Program-made: the position numbers and the translations under genes
The notes under the pieces: generated by a model
Told to the model about the DNA's origin: nothing
Databases searched by the model: none
Seen by the model: the letters and a program-made list of their open reading frames with translations, nothing else
In this document: positions 36,443-49,457 of the stretch, one piece after another
Numbering within the stretch: the stretch's first letter is position 1
How the letters are laid out: the number at the start of each line of letters is the position of its first letter
Source of the DNA: Haliotis cracherodii
Lineage: Eukaryota
Direction: 5' to 3'
Assembly: GCF_022045235.1 (NCBI RefSeq)
Contig: NW_027266275.1
Coordinates: 17,236,001 to 17,300,000, forward strand
DNA length: 64,000 bases

Positions 36443-39010
36443 TCGCTCACCCTACAACAGTATTGTGTGTGGCAATTAAGTTATCTGTACCTAGCTTTTC
36501 ATACCATCATTGAATAACTCATGATTCCGGCTGTATACGTGTATTTGATGTCAGCACAGTTTCAAGAAACTAATAGCTCAATTTTGTGGATAATCTCTCG
36601 TTTGAACTGCTGTAGATTGAGGACATTTTGTGTCGAGCTGTAGGAGCTTTGTCTGTGGAATGTAATTGGTTGACACCTGAAGAAATGTATAGCTTGGACC
36701 ATGTACGGGTTCGGCAGACATATACACACATGCACACATAGACTCTCATGCACGGACACAGCCCTGTCTCCTACGTATTACTGCTGTCCCAAATATCCAT
36801 GTGTCACTGAAAATGTTGGGGGGGGGGGGGGGGGGGGGGGGGTAATTTCTCAAATGTGTAGATCATTCCGAGTAACAGGTAATAATTGCGCCTGGATGTC
36901 CACACAAACAGTGTTTGGATAAGCATATGGACATTACAATACTGAATCCCCTCGTATTTCATACCACCGACGGATTCACTTAGACATGTCTTCCCTGTCT
37001 GCAAGCTAAGCCCCCCTGAGTTCAATGTTGACTGACGTGTTTGGGTTTCCCGGGACTGGAGCATCATGAGGTTGGTTGTGTGGCTTTTTGGTTGGTTGCG
37101 TGCTCAGCCTGTCGCGTGAGTGGAGTGAGTGAGTGAGAGTTGTTGGTTGGTCGGATGAGTGCGAGTGTGTGTATGTGTGCGAAAGGGACATCATTGGGGT
37201 TTAGCTTCACCTCTATAACTGGTGTGGACGATGTTCCCTCTACGCAGGGTGAATGAGTGTGTAAGTAAGTAAGTTGAGAAATACCAACGAGGTGCGAGGA
37301 ATTAAGAGTTATCCGCCCTCGATATTTTTCGTATAATCGTGATGTCATCAATTTGTGAGGTCGTCAACAGCATTCAGATGCGCTAAATGCACATGCGCAA
37401 ATATCAGAAAGTTATTACACCAGACACCAAAACAGTAACCCCATACGTGTCTTGGAGGGCCCTCTACACAAAGTGAGTGAGTGACTACGGTTTTATACTG
37501 TGGTCCCAAATGGGGAGTATCTGTTCTGCCACGATGCATGTATGCTATAATAGGCATTCCTGTAAAGACAATCCTGTGGTCGATCGCGGGAGCAACGACA
37601 TACATGTACGTCTACGCGATATAAAGACACACGCCCAGCTGGAACACTGATATATATATGGTTTTCCTTAGTGGTCATCCATTGTTGGCAATTAACCACC
37701 AGTTACAAGAAATCGTCAACAACGGATTATCAAGAGAACGAAATGAAGTAAATAAGAACTTGTACAATAATTACCTTTATCACATGAGAGGCAGACAACG
37801 TATAACAAAATATATTTACGAGTATATGGAACACGAGCTGTTATATATGACATTTACGAGCAAATCCTTCTCTTTATCGGAGAGAGGTGATTATACTATT
37901 CAGTATTAAAAACAGTACTGTTCAAACATATGTCTTATCTAATCAACGTTTTCATTAACACATACATATACAATATTCACAAACATCACTATGAGATGTA
38001 CAACTATGTCAAAGCAAATCCTGAAATTGTTACAAAATACATTCATGCATACATAAAATCAAATGGTACACAGGAATGTATGTTTAAACAATTCATTTTG
38101 CAAGACCATACTCTTGCTGGAGAAACAGTTGTAAGGTAAAATGGGATATTAATACAGGATATGTTAACCACATTTAAAATATATTCCATTAGTTTAATCA
38201 TGGGGATTTCCTAATATACTGATATAAAATGCAAACACGAGAACATTTTATCCATTTACAATTCGTCTATACATACATGCAATGTATCAACTTACCCGCT
38301 TTACAAACGTCCCAACACGAAGCATGAATCCTAAAATGTCACCTTTTGCCTGACACTGACAACGATCCGCCCTTCACCGTCACCCATATTTATGTTCCTT
38401 GTGCGGGGAGCGTTAACACGACAATCAATCAAACCCTTATAATAACAGGGGGAAATCTGTGGGACACTCTCACCTAGCGACCCACCACGGCCCTATTGAA
38501 GCGTCCCTGGTTACCAACAGGGTGACAGTCAATAGTTTGGATAGTTTCTTTTCTTGTCTCCGTGACTTCTTACACACTTTGTTTATTGATTTAACGCCTC
38601 TTTTTAACGTCAGACATTCTCATTTTCCTATATCTTACAGATCATAGCTTGTTGTTGAAAGCTATAAACACAAAACGTACTCGTTTATGAGTATTCAGTA
38701 GCTTTAACTAAAGCTCACAATCACATTTTCACGACTGATCAACATTAAGTACGCGAACATATAGATATTTACAGATTTCACGCCAGATCTGTAAACTATA
38801 AATATCAACAGTAAATCCTATTTCTTAAGAATCGTGGTACGTATTTACATTTTGATTGATATTGTACTATCAGGGGACACTCAAACGATAAGGGATAGTC
38901 ATTGGACACGTCAGGAGACAAGCCAGAGGGCAAAGCAGATGACAAGGCACTGGGCATTTCAGATGCTACTTCAGAGGACAAGGCACAATGCACTTAGGAA
39001 TACAAGGTAG

Positions 39011-39551
39011 AGGACACCTCAAAAGACAGGGCAGGGACACCTCAAAAGACAAGGCAGAGATCACCTCAAAAGACAAGGTAGGAACACCTCAAAAGACAAG
39101 GCAGGGACACCTCATACGACAAGGCAGGGACACCTCAAAAGACAAGGCAGGGACACCTCAAACGACAAGGCAGGAACACCTCAAAAGACAAGGCAGAGAC
39201 ACCTCAAACGACAAGGCAGAGAACACCTCAAAAGACAAGGCAGAGGACACCTCAAAAGACAAGGCAGGGACACCTCATACGACAAGGCAGGGACACCTCA
39301 AAAGACAAGGCAGGGACACCTCAAACGACAAGGCAGAGACACCTCAAAAGACAAGGCAGAGGACACCTCAAAAGACAAGGCAGGGACACCTCATACGACA
39401 AGGCAGGGACACCTCAAAAGACAAGGCAGGGACATCTCATACGACAAGGCAGGAACACCTCAAAAGACAAGGCAGGGACACCTCATACGACAAGGCAGGG
39501 ACACCTCAAAAGACAAGGCAGAGGACACCTCAAACGACAAGGCAGGGACAC
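39011..39551. repeat. Minisatellite, ~23-bp unit (GACACCTCAAAAGACAAGGCAGG)
   Basis: Direct tandem repeats visible in the sequence. Confidence 0.93.
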
Positions 39552-39839
39552 TGTTAATGTTGCAAATGCCATCTTTGACATAAAGGTACACAATTCTGTT
39601 GTAAAGTCAAAGTCGGGACCGAGTCCATGGCGCTATGTATTTGTATCTCGAATTCGAGATAAGCGATCAAATCAATATGAAGTTATATAGTGAGGCGATC
39701 GGGACCGGAGACTAGGTTCGATTTATCGGTACATTCGAGATAACGGGGTCCGCCTTTACACTCAAATGACTTACACCAAATAATACGACATAAGTAGACG
39801 ATACCAATTCCTATTCAAAAGAAGCACTATAAATCAGCA

Positions 39840-40024
39840 NNNNNNNNNNNNNNNNNNNNNNNNNNNNNNNNNNNNNNNNNNNNNNNNNNNNNNNNNNNNN
39901 NNNNNNNNNNNNNNNNNNNNNNNNNNNNNNNNNNNNNNNNNNNNNNNNNNNNNNNNNNNNNNNNNNNNNNNNNNNNNNNNNNNNNNNNNNNNNNNNNNNN
40001 NNNNNNNNNNNNNNNNNNNNNNNN
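39840..40024. other. Assembly gap
   Basis: Run of N. Confidence 1.
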
Positions 40025-40166
40025 GCATTAATCTTGGACGCGACGTTAAACCACATTTCACATGACCTCACCTTACCTCACCTTACCTCACCTCTAAACT
40101 ATACAAACTAACTCTAATTAGTGGCGATACAAACATCTCAGTTCTCAGAGAATCTCCCCTCGTTAT

Positions 40167-41765
40167 TCACAACTGAGTAGTCATCGTTTGATCAGAAGAT
40201 TGACTGTTAGCAGTAGGTATGTATTTGTTCATTTTGCCTCTCCACAGTTGAAGAACCCTTTTGTTGGCAACATAGGAGATGAAGATGAAGATCCCTTGAC
40301 CGGCGTTCAGGACGATGGAGATGAAGATGAGGACTTGCTGCTGGAGAACGTCACCGAGGATTGCCAGGATCCAAAAGATCCCTGTCAGTGTGGATAATTT
40401 AATGTAGATGTGAACCTGACTCTTCTCAGCCCCAATACTTGCGCTCATTTTATTGATCTTGGCCATCGTCCACACACTGACGCTGAAGAAAATGATGTTC
40501 AAGAGGAGGACGACACCTAGTGGAGCCACGAAAGCAACACCGACAAGAAGTGACGTATTCAGGTAGCACGTGGTTACACCATAGCCGATATGGTTTCCTG
40601 AAGAAACGCCGAGATTTGAAAATATGGTAATGAGAACAATGATCAGAGACAATCCATTGGCATAGAGGGAGTATTTCAGAAGACGACTTTGGGTACCCAT
40701 CGGTTTTCCAGCATCGACTACGAAGACATGGAACATGTGATAGGAACAGACGTTCATCCACAATATAACTGTGAGCCACAAGTAATGTATGAGAACTCCA
40801 ATTATTTTGCAAGCAGTTTCATCTCGGATGGCAACATCCTTAAACAGAAGCAGCAACTGAGCCAAGAAGAGAAACCCCACCAGACACATCGTATTCTTCG
40901 TGGGCAGGGTGAGAAGGGAAGGGAATGTGCAGTAGGTGATGAAGGTCAAGGCCAAACAGATCATAGACAAAATGGAGAAGACTAGAGTTAAAATATGTTC
41001 AGCCAGTTTGACTGGATCTTGGTAGTTTGAATACAACTCTTTCATCGTGTCCACGCATATAATTATATTTTGTTCGTCCATTTTAATGAATTTGTCGAAC
41101 TGTATTGTTATACCCACATACTGAAGAGTGATAGACGCATCAGTGTTCCAGTTAAATTCATTCACGGAGAGGTACACATACGAACAAAGTGGCAAAACAG
41201 AAGGATAGTAAACATAATCTTCGGGCGTTTCAACATACTCCAACGGAAGGCTGTCAAACATCTCGGCTTTCTGTGGATTAGTGTAGGGAGGATGCATCTT
41301 GTATAACTGTCTCTTTGAATAAGTATAAAAATCATCCTTAGACGGCGTGAACTGAAACTCCGAACCATTATACTCCATCGACCAATTATCCTCCAATAAC
41401 GCCACTATAGTTTCTTCAAATGTATCCCGACAACAGGTTTTGTTTGTCCTGAACGTCAATGTCAGTCCAAAGGATGGCACATTGACAAATCTGGCACTAT
41501 TGGCAATGTCAGTGTGCACAGGCTTTTCAACAGAAAACATATAATAGGTCATATTGTACTCCTCTGCAACTGATGGTATGTTATGGACAACCAATGACTC
41601 TATGAAATTCCAGTCCTGCAGTCTGGTGTCATATGTGTTTTTTTCAGTTGGCCAAAAGTGGAGTGCCAACTGGTACTCAACTCTGGACAATCCGACAGCT
41701 GTTAATTGACATTTTTCACCCTTGAGATGGTACCCCGAGCGACAGTACATGGAACGGCACTCGTT
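40167..41765 (-). CDS. Secretin-class (Methuselah/adhesion-like) GPCR copy 1, last exon (distal ectodomain + 7TM)
   Basis: Acceptor TTTTTCAG|AAC GAG TGC. Seven hydrophobic segments with family-B-type motifs: SILSMICLALTFITY, ACKIIGVLIHYLWL..ILWM, GYGVTTCYL, LSTLTGIFW, NAGQGIFIF. Confidence 0.92.
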   Translation of the reverse strand, partial: NECRSMYCRSGYHLKGEKCQLTAVGLSRVEYQLALHFWPTEKNTYDTRLQDWNFIESLVVHNIPSVAEEYNMTYYMFSVEKPVHTDIANSARFVNVPSFGLTLTFRTNKTCCRDTFEETIVALLEDNWSMEYNGSEFQFTPSKDDFYTYSKRQLYKMHPPYTNPQKAEMFDSLPLEYVETPEDYVYYPSVLPLCSYVYLSVNEFNWNTDASITLQYVGITIQFDKFIKMDEQNIIICVDTMKELYSNYQDPVKLAEHILTLVFSILSMICLALTFITYCTFPSLLTLPTKNTMCLVGFLFLAQLLLLFKDVAIRDETACKIIGVLIHYLWLTVILWMNVCSYHMFHVFVVDAGKPMGTQSRLLKYSLYANGLSLIIVLITIFSNLGVSSGNHIGYGVTTCYLNTSLLVGVAFVAPLGVVLLLNIIFFSVSVWTMAKINKMSASIGAEKSQVHIYIKLSTLTGIFWILAILGDVLQQQVLIFISIVLNAGQGIFIFISYVANKRVLQLWRGKMNKYIPTANSQSSDQTMTTQL

Positions 41766-42859
41766 CTGAAAAAGTCAAGACAAAACACAATGTTTAGAAT
41801 ATTATCGATTTCTTCAACAGTTAATCCATAGGCTTCAAATATTAGACATAGGTTAGTGTGAAATACAAAAGCACTGTAAATTGCGTATGTGAAACACCAC
41901 CACATAATTTCAGTCCTTAAGGTGAATAATATAATATTATTCTAATTCCAACTTTGCCACTGACTATGATTGATAATCAGGAGTAAAATTACTAAAACGA
42001 ACTCGATTACAAAGAAATATCATTGTTTCCTACCTTCAGTGACTTCTGTAACATTATTCTGTAACTACCAGCTGAGGGTTATAACTCGCATATTTCAAAG
42101 AGTAATGCTTCTGTCCACACAAAGTCCTTTGAATAATTGGAATAATATCAATTCTATGGCCTCAACAAACCAGTAGCCTTTGGAGAGTTACATAGCAGAA
42201 TGTTAGCAGTGATGCATAATTTCAACAAAGAACCAACGATGATAGGAGCCCGTGTGGCTCACAGAATAAGAAAAGTTTATTAATGAGCGATATGTCGAAA
42301 CGAATGTGAAGTAGACTGCAACACTGGCATGTTCATCTGGCATGTTCACACTGTATGTATGTATACGTTAAGTTAAAATGTGTAAAAATTGCTGATGATT
42401 TGAGAGAACGTTTCAATGTGCAAATCTGTGACTCAAGCTAATTTTCATTGTAGATCAGTACAGTACAAACACATGTTAAAAAGTAGTCCTAGTGCACGGA
42501 CTTGTCCATAGGTAGATTAGGCATACTACGATCTCTTGAAAGTTTGAAACACTAGCCCTTTTCGCTCATATTGCTCGTACTTATGTTTTAGACCATGCAA
42601 GAAGTCCACAACTTGAAAGGATTGAAAGGATAAAGGGTAACCGTCCACCATTTTACTTTGAAATTTTGAAATTTCCACCTTTGCCCAGCCACCACAGCAC
42701 TCATCGTGATCTTATAACCACCATTATTGATACCATATACATAGCTGTAAGATATACAAGCTACTGCAAGGTCATACCAACTCCTGGATGTGGTCATACT
42801 ACCAATCGTAATCAAATCATACCAGCACCTAGATATGGCCACACTGCTCATCGAGACCC

Positions 42860-43783
42860 AGTCACAGCAGGGCCAAGATAATGTGATACCACTACCTTTG
42901 TTGTAAGTTGTATTACTCATCATGACCCAGTCATATCAGCACCTACACATGGTGATACCACTACCTTTGTTGTAAGTTGTATTATTCATCATGACCCAGT
43001 CATATCAGCACCTAGATATGGTGATACCACTACCTTTGTTGTAAGTTGTATTACTCATCGTGACCCAGTCATATCAGCACCTAGACATGGTGATACCACT
43101 ACCTTTGTTGTAAGTTGTATTACTCATCGTGACCCAGTCATATCAGCACCTAGATAATGTGATACCACTACCTTTGTTGTAAGTTGTATTACCCATCGTG
43201 ACCCAGTCATATCAGCACCTAGATAATGTGATACCACTACCTTCGTTGTAAGTTGTATTACTCATCGTGACCCAGTCATATCAGCACCTAGATATGGTGA
43301 TACCACTACCTTTGTTGTAAGTGGTATTACTCATCGTGACCCAGTCATATCAGCACCTAGACATGGTGATACCACTACCTTTGTTGTAAGTTGTATTACT
43401 CATCGTGACCCAGTCATATCAGCACCTAGATAATGTGATACCACTACCTTCGTTGTAAGTTGTATTACTCATCGTGACCCAGTCATATCAGCACCTAGAT
43501 ATGGTGATACCACTACCTTTGTTGTAAGTTGTATTACTCATCGTGACCCAGTCATATCAGCACCTAGACATGGTGATACCACTACCTTTGTTGTAAGTTG
43601 TATTACTCATCGTGACCCAGTCATATCAGCACCTAGATAATCTGATACCACTACCTTTGTTGTAAGTTGTATTACTCATCGTGACCCAGTCATATCAGCA
43701 CCTAGATATGGTGATACCACTACCTTTGTTGTAAGTTGTATTACTCATCGTGACCCAGTCATATCAGCACCTAGATAATGTCA
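42860..43783. repeat. Minisatellite, 69-bp unit, intronic in GPCR copy 1
   Basis: Units start at 43021 and 43090; about 13 copies. Confidence 0.95.
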
Positions 43784-43823
43784 TGCCTCTACATTGCTTG
43801 TATGTGATAATTATATATTTTAC

Positions 43824-44792
43824 CTTGACCCAGTCATGCCACTCTTTTGCCTTACACTTTCGCCGATCACAGTTTGTACAAACAAGTGTGCTTATAGAAA
43901 CAAAAGTTTCTAAGCTTCTGCAGCTTACAATATCTGGTGACAGTCCATTGCACATATAACAGAAGATATTCTTGAACAAGTACGTTCCCCCAGCAACTGG
44001 GTAATAGATTCCAACCCTACATTGTTCCTCGGTTATGTCAGAGAAAGAACCATCCCATGACCCGGTCTTGTTGCACGAGTCTATGTACTGTTGATCAGCG
44101 AAATCAGTGTCACACGGTCTTGGTAGTATATCAGATGGAGGATGAATAGAAGCTATGCAATCTGTTGAGCTGTCATTGCCGTTTGAATGAGATGAGTTTC
44201 TCTTCTTGTGACATACATTTTCCTTTACCCATCTGATGGTAATGTTATCGTCATGACATCTGGCGATTCCTTCATTCAAGTACGTGATATTTGTTGTAAT
44301 CGAAGTCACTGGAGTGAGGTCGTCTGCTGATATCTGAGAAGCAGACGGCATTTCGAGGTTGGACTCTTCCGGACATGTGGTTATTATGTAGTATCCAGTA
44401 TGGGGACCAGTGAAGACATATTTTTTATTTGTTCCACTGACACAAACATGCCTGTTTTCCCTTTCCATCGTCACATTCAACCTTTCGTCTGGACAACAGT
44501 CGCCATATTCATTACAGTCAGCATCACAACGACATGTTTTGCAGATTGGATTGGCTGACGGGCACCCACGGTCAATGACCTTTGTGACTGTTGTACCGTT
44601 GCAGAATACATTGCAGTGGAGAATGGACATGCCTGTAGTCGTATTAAGAACTCCGTTCAAGGACACATCTTTCACAGAGGTCAATAGGTCGTTGAGGTAG
44701 AACCCAAACACGTCGTCAGATGAGTCATTGCTTGTCATTTGGGTGTTTATGAAGACAAAATTACACAAGGCGATGTAGAAATGAAACTTCAT
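43824..44792 (-). CDS. GPCR copy 1, first coding exon (signal peptide, somatomedin-B-like and Cys-rich ectodomain)
   Basis: Start MKFHFYIALCNFVFI, then CRCDADCNEYGDCCPD and FKNIFCYMCN. Donor AAG|GTAAAA, phase 0. Joined protein is 855 aa. Confidence 0.88.
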
Positions 44793-46365
44793 CCTTGTTG
44801 TCTGGAATCTAAAAGAACAAACATCCAATTAAGCCAAGGAAAAGATCAAAAATAGCCATCATTTATGGATTCTTAATAACGGTGTGTGTTGCCAATCTGA
44901 ACGTCACACGTGACACTTTACATGTTTATCAATGTAGTATCTAAAAGACAACTAATTAAGACAAGGACAAGATCAAAATAGCCATCATTAATTAAATTTT
45001 ATAATTTCCTAATAACGATGTTTGGTACCAATCTGGATAGAAGACATGACGCCTGACACTTATCCAGCTGACCAAAATGTAATCAAACGAAACACTGTTT
45101 TATCAATGACCCGATGGCATATATTTGAGCTAAAGGATTTTCACTTTATATTTAACCTTAGAAAGGTCAGATTGTCATAAAAAAAGTCATAATGTAGAGA
45201 GTTTGATTTCTCCAAATACTTTTTGCAATTGCAAGTGGCAAAGTGTGTTCTGGTATTACAGAGCAGCGAATTTTAGAATACTATTTAGTTTACATTTCAT
45301 TATGCTTATGTTCGGGATCAAAGGCATGTCCTGTACGAAATGCACACATTCACTCCATTTACGGATATTGTCATTGCCATGCAGGGTTTCCAAAGAACAA
45401 GAGATTTATCAATTATTTAAGAAACGCAATGTGGTGAAGGTTGTGAACCATAACTGGAATCAGCCCCTTCTCAGTTTTACTTCATAATTAAATAAATTGA
45501 TTGTGGGACATGTTTAAAAATTGCCTTCCAACATGCACCTTTTCCACATAGTCATCAATATGTTACAACAGTTCAGCAAAACACGTATATATAATAGCCG
45601 AGTCACTCATCCTATTGGCAGTCATGTGATCATTTTTCAGTCTGATGCATTGAAAACATTGGCATAGTATACGTGTCCAGTGATGGTATGTTATAAACTG
45701 AATTACAGATGTTTACCTATATTACGATGATATTCAACAATAAATCATTAATCATAATTTCACTTTATGTTGTTATCATTAAATCCATGATTTTAAACCA
45801 TTCACTTAAAACAGTGCTGACATCGAAACACTATCGTTTTTTGTCTTTAAACCCCTACTTGAAAATATTGGAATGCTCTGTTTTAAGACTTTTATTATCC
45901 AGATGCTGATCCGCTGAAAATGCTTGACTATACACTTCTGATCGATCGACCAAACTTTTATCATTCTTAACTATATAATCGACCGATCGGAAAAACATAC
46001 ATGTGTTCAGTCGTCATTGCTCAACGCGTGTAGACGCCCAAAGCTAATCATTATAACATAAAATAAATGTCTTTGACAATGTTATACTCTATGAAAGTTA
46101 ATTCAAATGAACCAAAACTTCTTTACACAAAACTCTAAGCTTTCTTACCTTATTCTACTGCGCTCGTCGCCTCTGCCCGACTTGCAGCTTGCCAGTTCGA
46201 ATGTTAGGTAGTTGAATTATTCATATCTGAACTCATCACGCCAACAACGTATCAGCATTCAGTGATAATGTCAGTCGCACAATCATTTACATTACCACTT
46301 AGTACTTGAATGCTTAATATCTCTCTGTGATGTCCTTTCAATTTCCAAAAAGGTTAGGCAAATAT

Positions 46366-46633
46366 GAGTGAGTGAGTTGGGTTTAACGCCGCTTTTAACA
46401 GTATTCCAGTTATATCACTGCGAGTCAGCTTAATGTGGGAGGAAAGGCCGAAGTTATGCAGGTCTCAGACGTTTACCACTTCGTTGAAACCCACGAGCAC
46501 GGGTATGGTGCTGACAAACCTAGAAACATAATTTGGGCGAACCGGGATTCGAACCCACAATCATATGTTTCTGACGTGCCCAAATGACGCAACTCTGCAC
46601 AGCGAATCGCAGCGCCTTAGACCCGTGCCCCCT
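46366..46633 (-). mobile_element. tRNA-derived SINE, family B
   Basis: Homologous to the other family B copies. Absent from the paralogous position upstream of GPCR copy 2 (~53270). Confidence 0.85.
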
Positions 46634-46677
46634 AAGCAGCTATGAGGTTATAACACTAATGATACCAATTGTGGTAT

Positions 46678-46866
46678 AGTGAGTGAGTGAGTGAGTGAGT
46701 GAGTGAGTGAGTGAGTGAGTGAGTGAGTATGATTTCACGCCGCTTTTAGCAATATTACGGCGGGGGACACCAGAAATGGGCTTCACACATTGTACCCATG
46801 TGGGGAATCGAACCCAGGTCTTCGGCGTGACGAGCGAACGCTTTTATCACTTTTACCACCGCCCCC
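46678..46866 (-). mobile_element. tRNA-derived SINE, family A, with long (ACTC)n tail
   Basis: Homologous to the 5487 copy. Confidence 0.85.
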
Positions 46867-47852
46867 AAATATGGTATAGAACATCCATACATACATACAT
46901 ACAGATTGAAACAATCGTGTTGGGGTTTTTTTAATTGAAAAACTGTAACTGTTGTTTAGACAGTTAAAGTGTGATTTCACTGATATGCTATAAAGGCTCA
47001 TAACATACAGTCAAATATCATATAATCTGTATCTTAATTCTAGTATGTGTGTGTGATCTCGGGTGATGAAAGAAAGCTCCAATGTTGAATGTCACATATT
47101 TTATTGTCTGGAAAGGGACAAATTCAAACGTTAAGTGCGACTACCTCCTGATATATTTTACGAGGAGATATCATGTTAAAGCCATACCGTTTCATATTTT
47201 AGATGCGTAATAACAGTGGCTTCAACATGATTACTTGACCATTATCTTGGTAATGAAGTTTCTCTCATTCACAAGAACATCACAATCTGAAATGTTAATA
47301 TCTTAATATACAATGTATTATAGTAAAGTGATTCACAGAGATGCTCCCCTAGCCTATTAGCCTGGGCACATATTACACTAGCTAAGTCATAACATGTCGC
47401 AAATACACAGAGGTAAAGTCGCTTCCAAGCACAAGATCTTATCTTTCTGATAGCCTCTACATAATAAGGGAACGAGAACTAATATCAATCACAGCAAATA
47501 CACTAATATATTCGGTAACCATGTGTTATTCAATGATGATATGAATAGCTATGTACAGATAACCTAAACGTGACACACAATACTGTTGTTTAGTGAGTTT
47601 ATTTCTGGAAAATAAAACAAACCTCGGATATTATGAACTCAATTCTGAACCCCGTGCGATGGTTAAACAAGTTGTTGTTCATGTGAATAGCAAGTTTTGT
47701 ATTGTACCACCATGTTTCTTCGACACCTTATTTTAATCAGATATATCTCCAGGTTTCACTTTTTCCAGATATTTTGAAATACATGGCTCTGCGACCTAAT
47801 ATACACGTATACAATAACGTGTGTTGCAATAAAGGACTTTCCGCCTCGTTAT

Positions 47853-49457
47853 TCACAACTGAGTGTTCATCGTTTGATTAGGAGATTGACTGCTGGCAGT
47901 AGGTATGTATTTGTTCATTTTGCCTCTCCACAGTTGAAGAACCCTTTTGTTGGCAACATAGGAGATGAAGATGAAGATCCCTTGACTGGCGTTCAGGACG
48001 ATGGAGATGAAGATGAGGACTTGCTGCTGGAGAACATCACCGAGGATTGCCAGGATCCAAAAGATCCCTGTCAGTGTTGATAATTTAATGTAGATGTGAA
48101 CCTGACTCTTCTCAGCCCCAATACTTGCGCTCATTTTATTGATCTTGGCCATCGTCCACACACTGACGCTGAAGAAAATGATGTTCAAGAGGAGGACGAC
48201 ACCTAGTGGAGCCACGAAAGCAACACCGACAAGAAGTGACGTATTCAGGTAGCACGTGGTTACACCATAGCCGATATGGCTTCCTGAAGAAACGCCGAGA
48301 TTTGAAAATATGGTAATGAGAACAATGATCAGAGACAATCCATTGGCATAGAGGGAGTATTTCAGAAGACGACTTTGGGTACCCATCGGTTTTCCAGCAT
48401 CGACTACGAAGACATGGAACATGTGATAGGAACAGACGTTCATCCACAATATAACTGTGAGCCACAAGTAATGTATGAGAACTCCAATTATTTTGCAAGC
48501 AGTTTCATCTCGGATGGCAACATCTTTAAACAGAAGCAGCAACTGAGCCAAGAAGAGAAACCCCACCAGACACATCGTATTCTTCGTGGGCAGGGTGAGA
48601 AGGGAAGGGAATGTGCAGTAGGTGATGAAGGTCAAGGCCAAACAGATTAAGGACAGAATGGAGAAGACTAGTGTTAAAATATGTTCAGCCAGTTTGACTG
48701 GATCTTGGTAGTTTGAATACAACTCTTTCATCGTGTCCACGCATATTATTAAATTTTGTTCGTCTATTTCAATGAATTTATCAAACTGTATTGTAATATC
48801 CACATACTGAAGAGAAATAGATGCATCAGTGTTCCAACTAAATTCATTCACGGAGAGATAAACATATGAACATTTTGGCAAAACAGTAGGCAAATACACA
48901 TAATCTTCGGGCGTTTCAACATACTCCGACGGGAGGCTGTCATATGTCTCAATTTTCTGTGGATTGGTGTACGGGGGATGCATCTTGTATAACTGTCTCT
49001 TTGATACGCCATAAGTATAAAAATCATCCTCAGACAGTGTAAACTGAAACTTCGAACCTTTAAACCCCATCGACCAAATATCCCCCAACAAAGCCACCAT
49101 AGTTTCTTCAAATGTATCCCGACAACAGGTTTGGTTTGTTCGGAACATCAATGTTAATCCAAAAGATGGCTCATTGACAAGTCTGGAACTATTTGCAGTG
49201 CCAATGTACACAAGTTTATAAACAGAAAACATATAATAGGTCATATTGTACTCCTCTGCAACTAATGGTATGTTATGGACAACCAATTGTTCTATGAAAT
49301 TCCAGTCCTGAAGTCTGGGATCCGATGTGTTATTTTCAGTTGGCCTAAAGAGGACCGCAATCGTGTACTCAACTCTGGAGAGTCCGACAGCTGTTAATTG
49401 ACATGTTTCACCCTTCAGACGGTACCCCGAACGACAGTACATGGCACGGCACTCGTT
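47853..49457 (-). CDS. GPCR copy 2, last exon (distal ectodomain + 7TM)
   Basis: Paralog of 40167-41765 with the same acceptor. Confidence 0.92.
   Translation of the reverse strand, partial: NECRAMYCRSGYRLKGETCQLTAVGLSRVEYTIAVLFRPTENNTSDPRLQDWNFIEQLVVHNIPLVAEEYNMTYYMFSVYKLVYIGTANSSRLVNEPSFGLTLMFRTNQTCCRDTFEETMVALLGDIWSMGFKGSKFQFTLSEDDFYTYGVSKRQLYKMHPPYTNPQKIETYDSLPSEYVETPEDYVYLPTVLPKCSYVYLSVNEFSWNTDASISLQYVDITIQFDKFIEIDEQNLIICVDTMKELYSNYQDPVKLAEHILTLVFSILSLICLALTFITYCTFPSLLTLPTKNTMCLVGFLFLAQLLLLFKDVAIRDETACKIIGVLIHYLWLTVILWMNVCSYHMFHVFVVDAGKPMGTQSRLLKYSLYANGLSLIIVLITIFSNLGVSSGSHIGYGVTTCYLNTSLLVGVAFVAPLGVVLLLNIIFFSVSVWTMAKINKMSASIGAEKSQVHIYIKLSTLTGIFWILAILGDVLQQQVLIFISIVLNASQGIFIFISYVANKRVLQLWRGKMNKYIPTASSQSPNQTMNTQL

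Noticed and set aside
36562-37067. Candidate minus-strand exon(s) (CQPITFHRQ...IELLVS*)
   Set aside because: There is a plausible acceptor at ~36678, but no recognisable homology and no partner donor.
40188-41306. Plus-strand ORFs repeated in each GPCR copy
   Set aside because: Antisense shadows of the GPCR coding exon, conserved only because of the duplication.
42860-43783. CRISPR-like regular repeat array
   Set aside because: Units are contiguous with no unique spacers, there are no cas genes, and the array lies in a eukaryotic intron.
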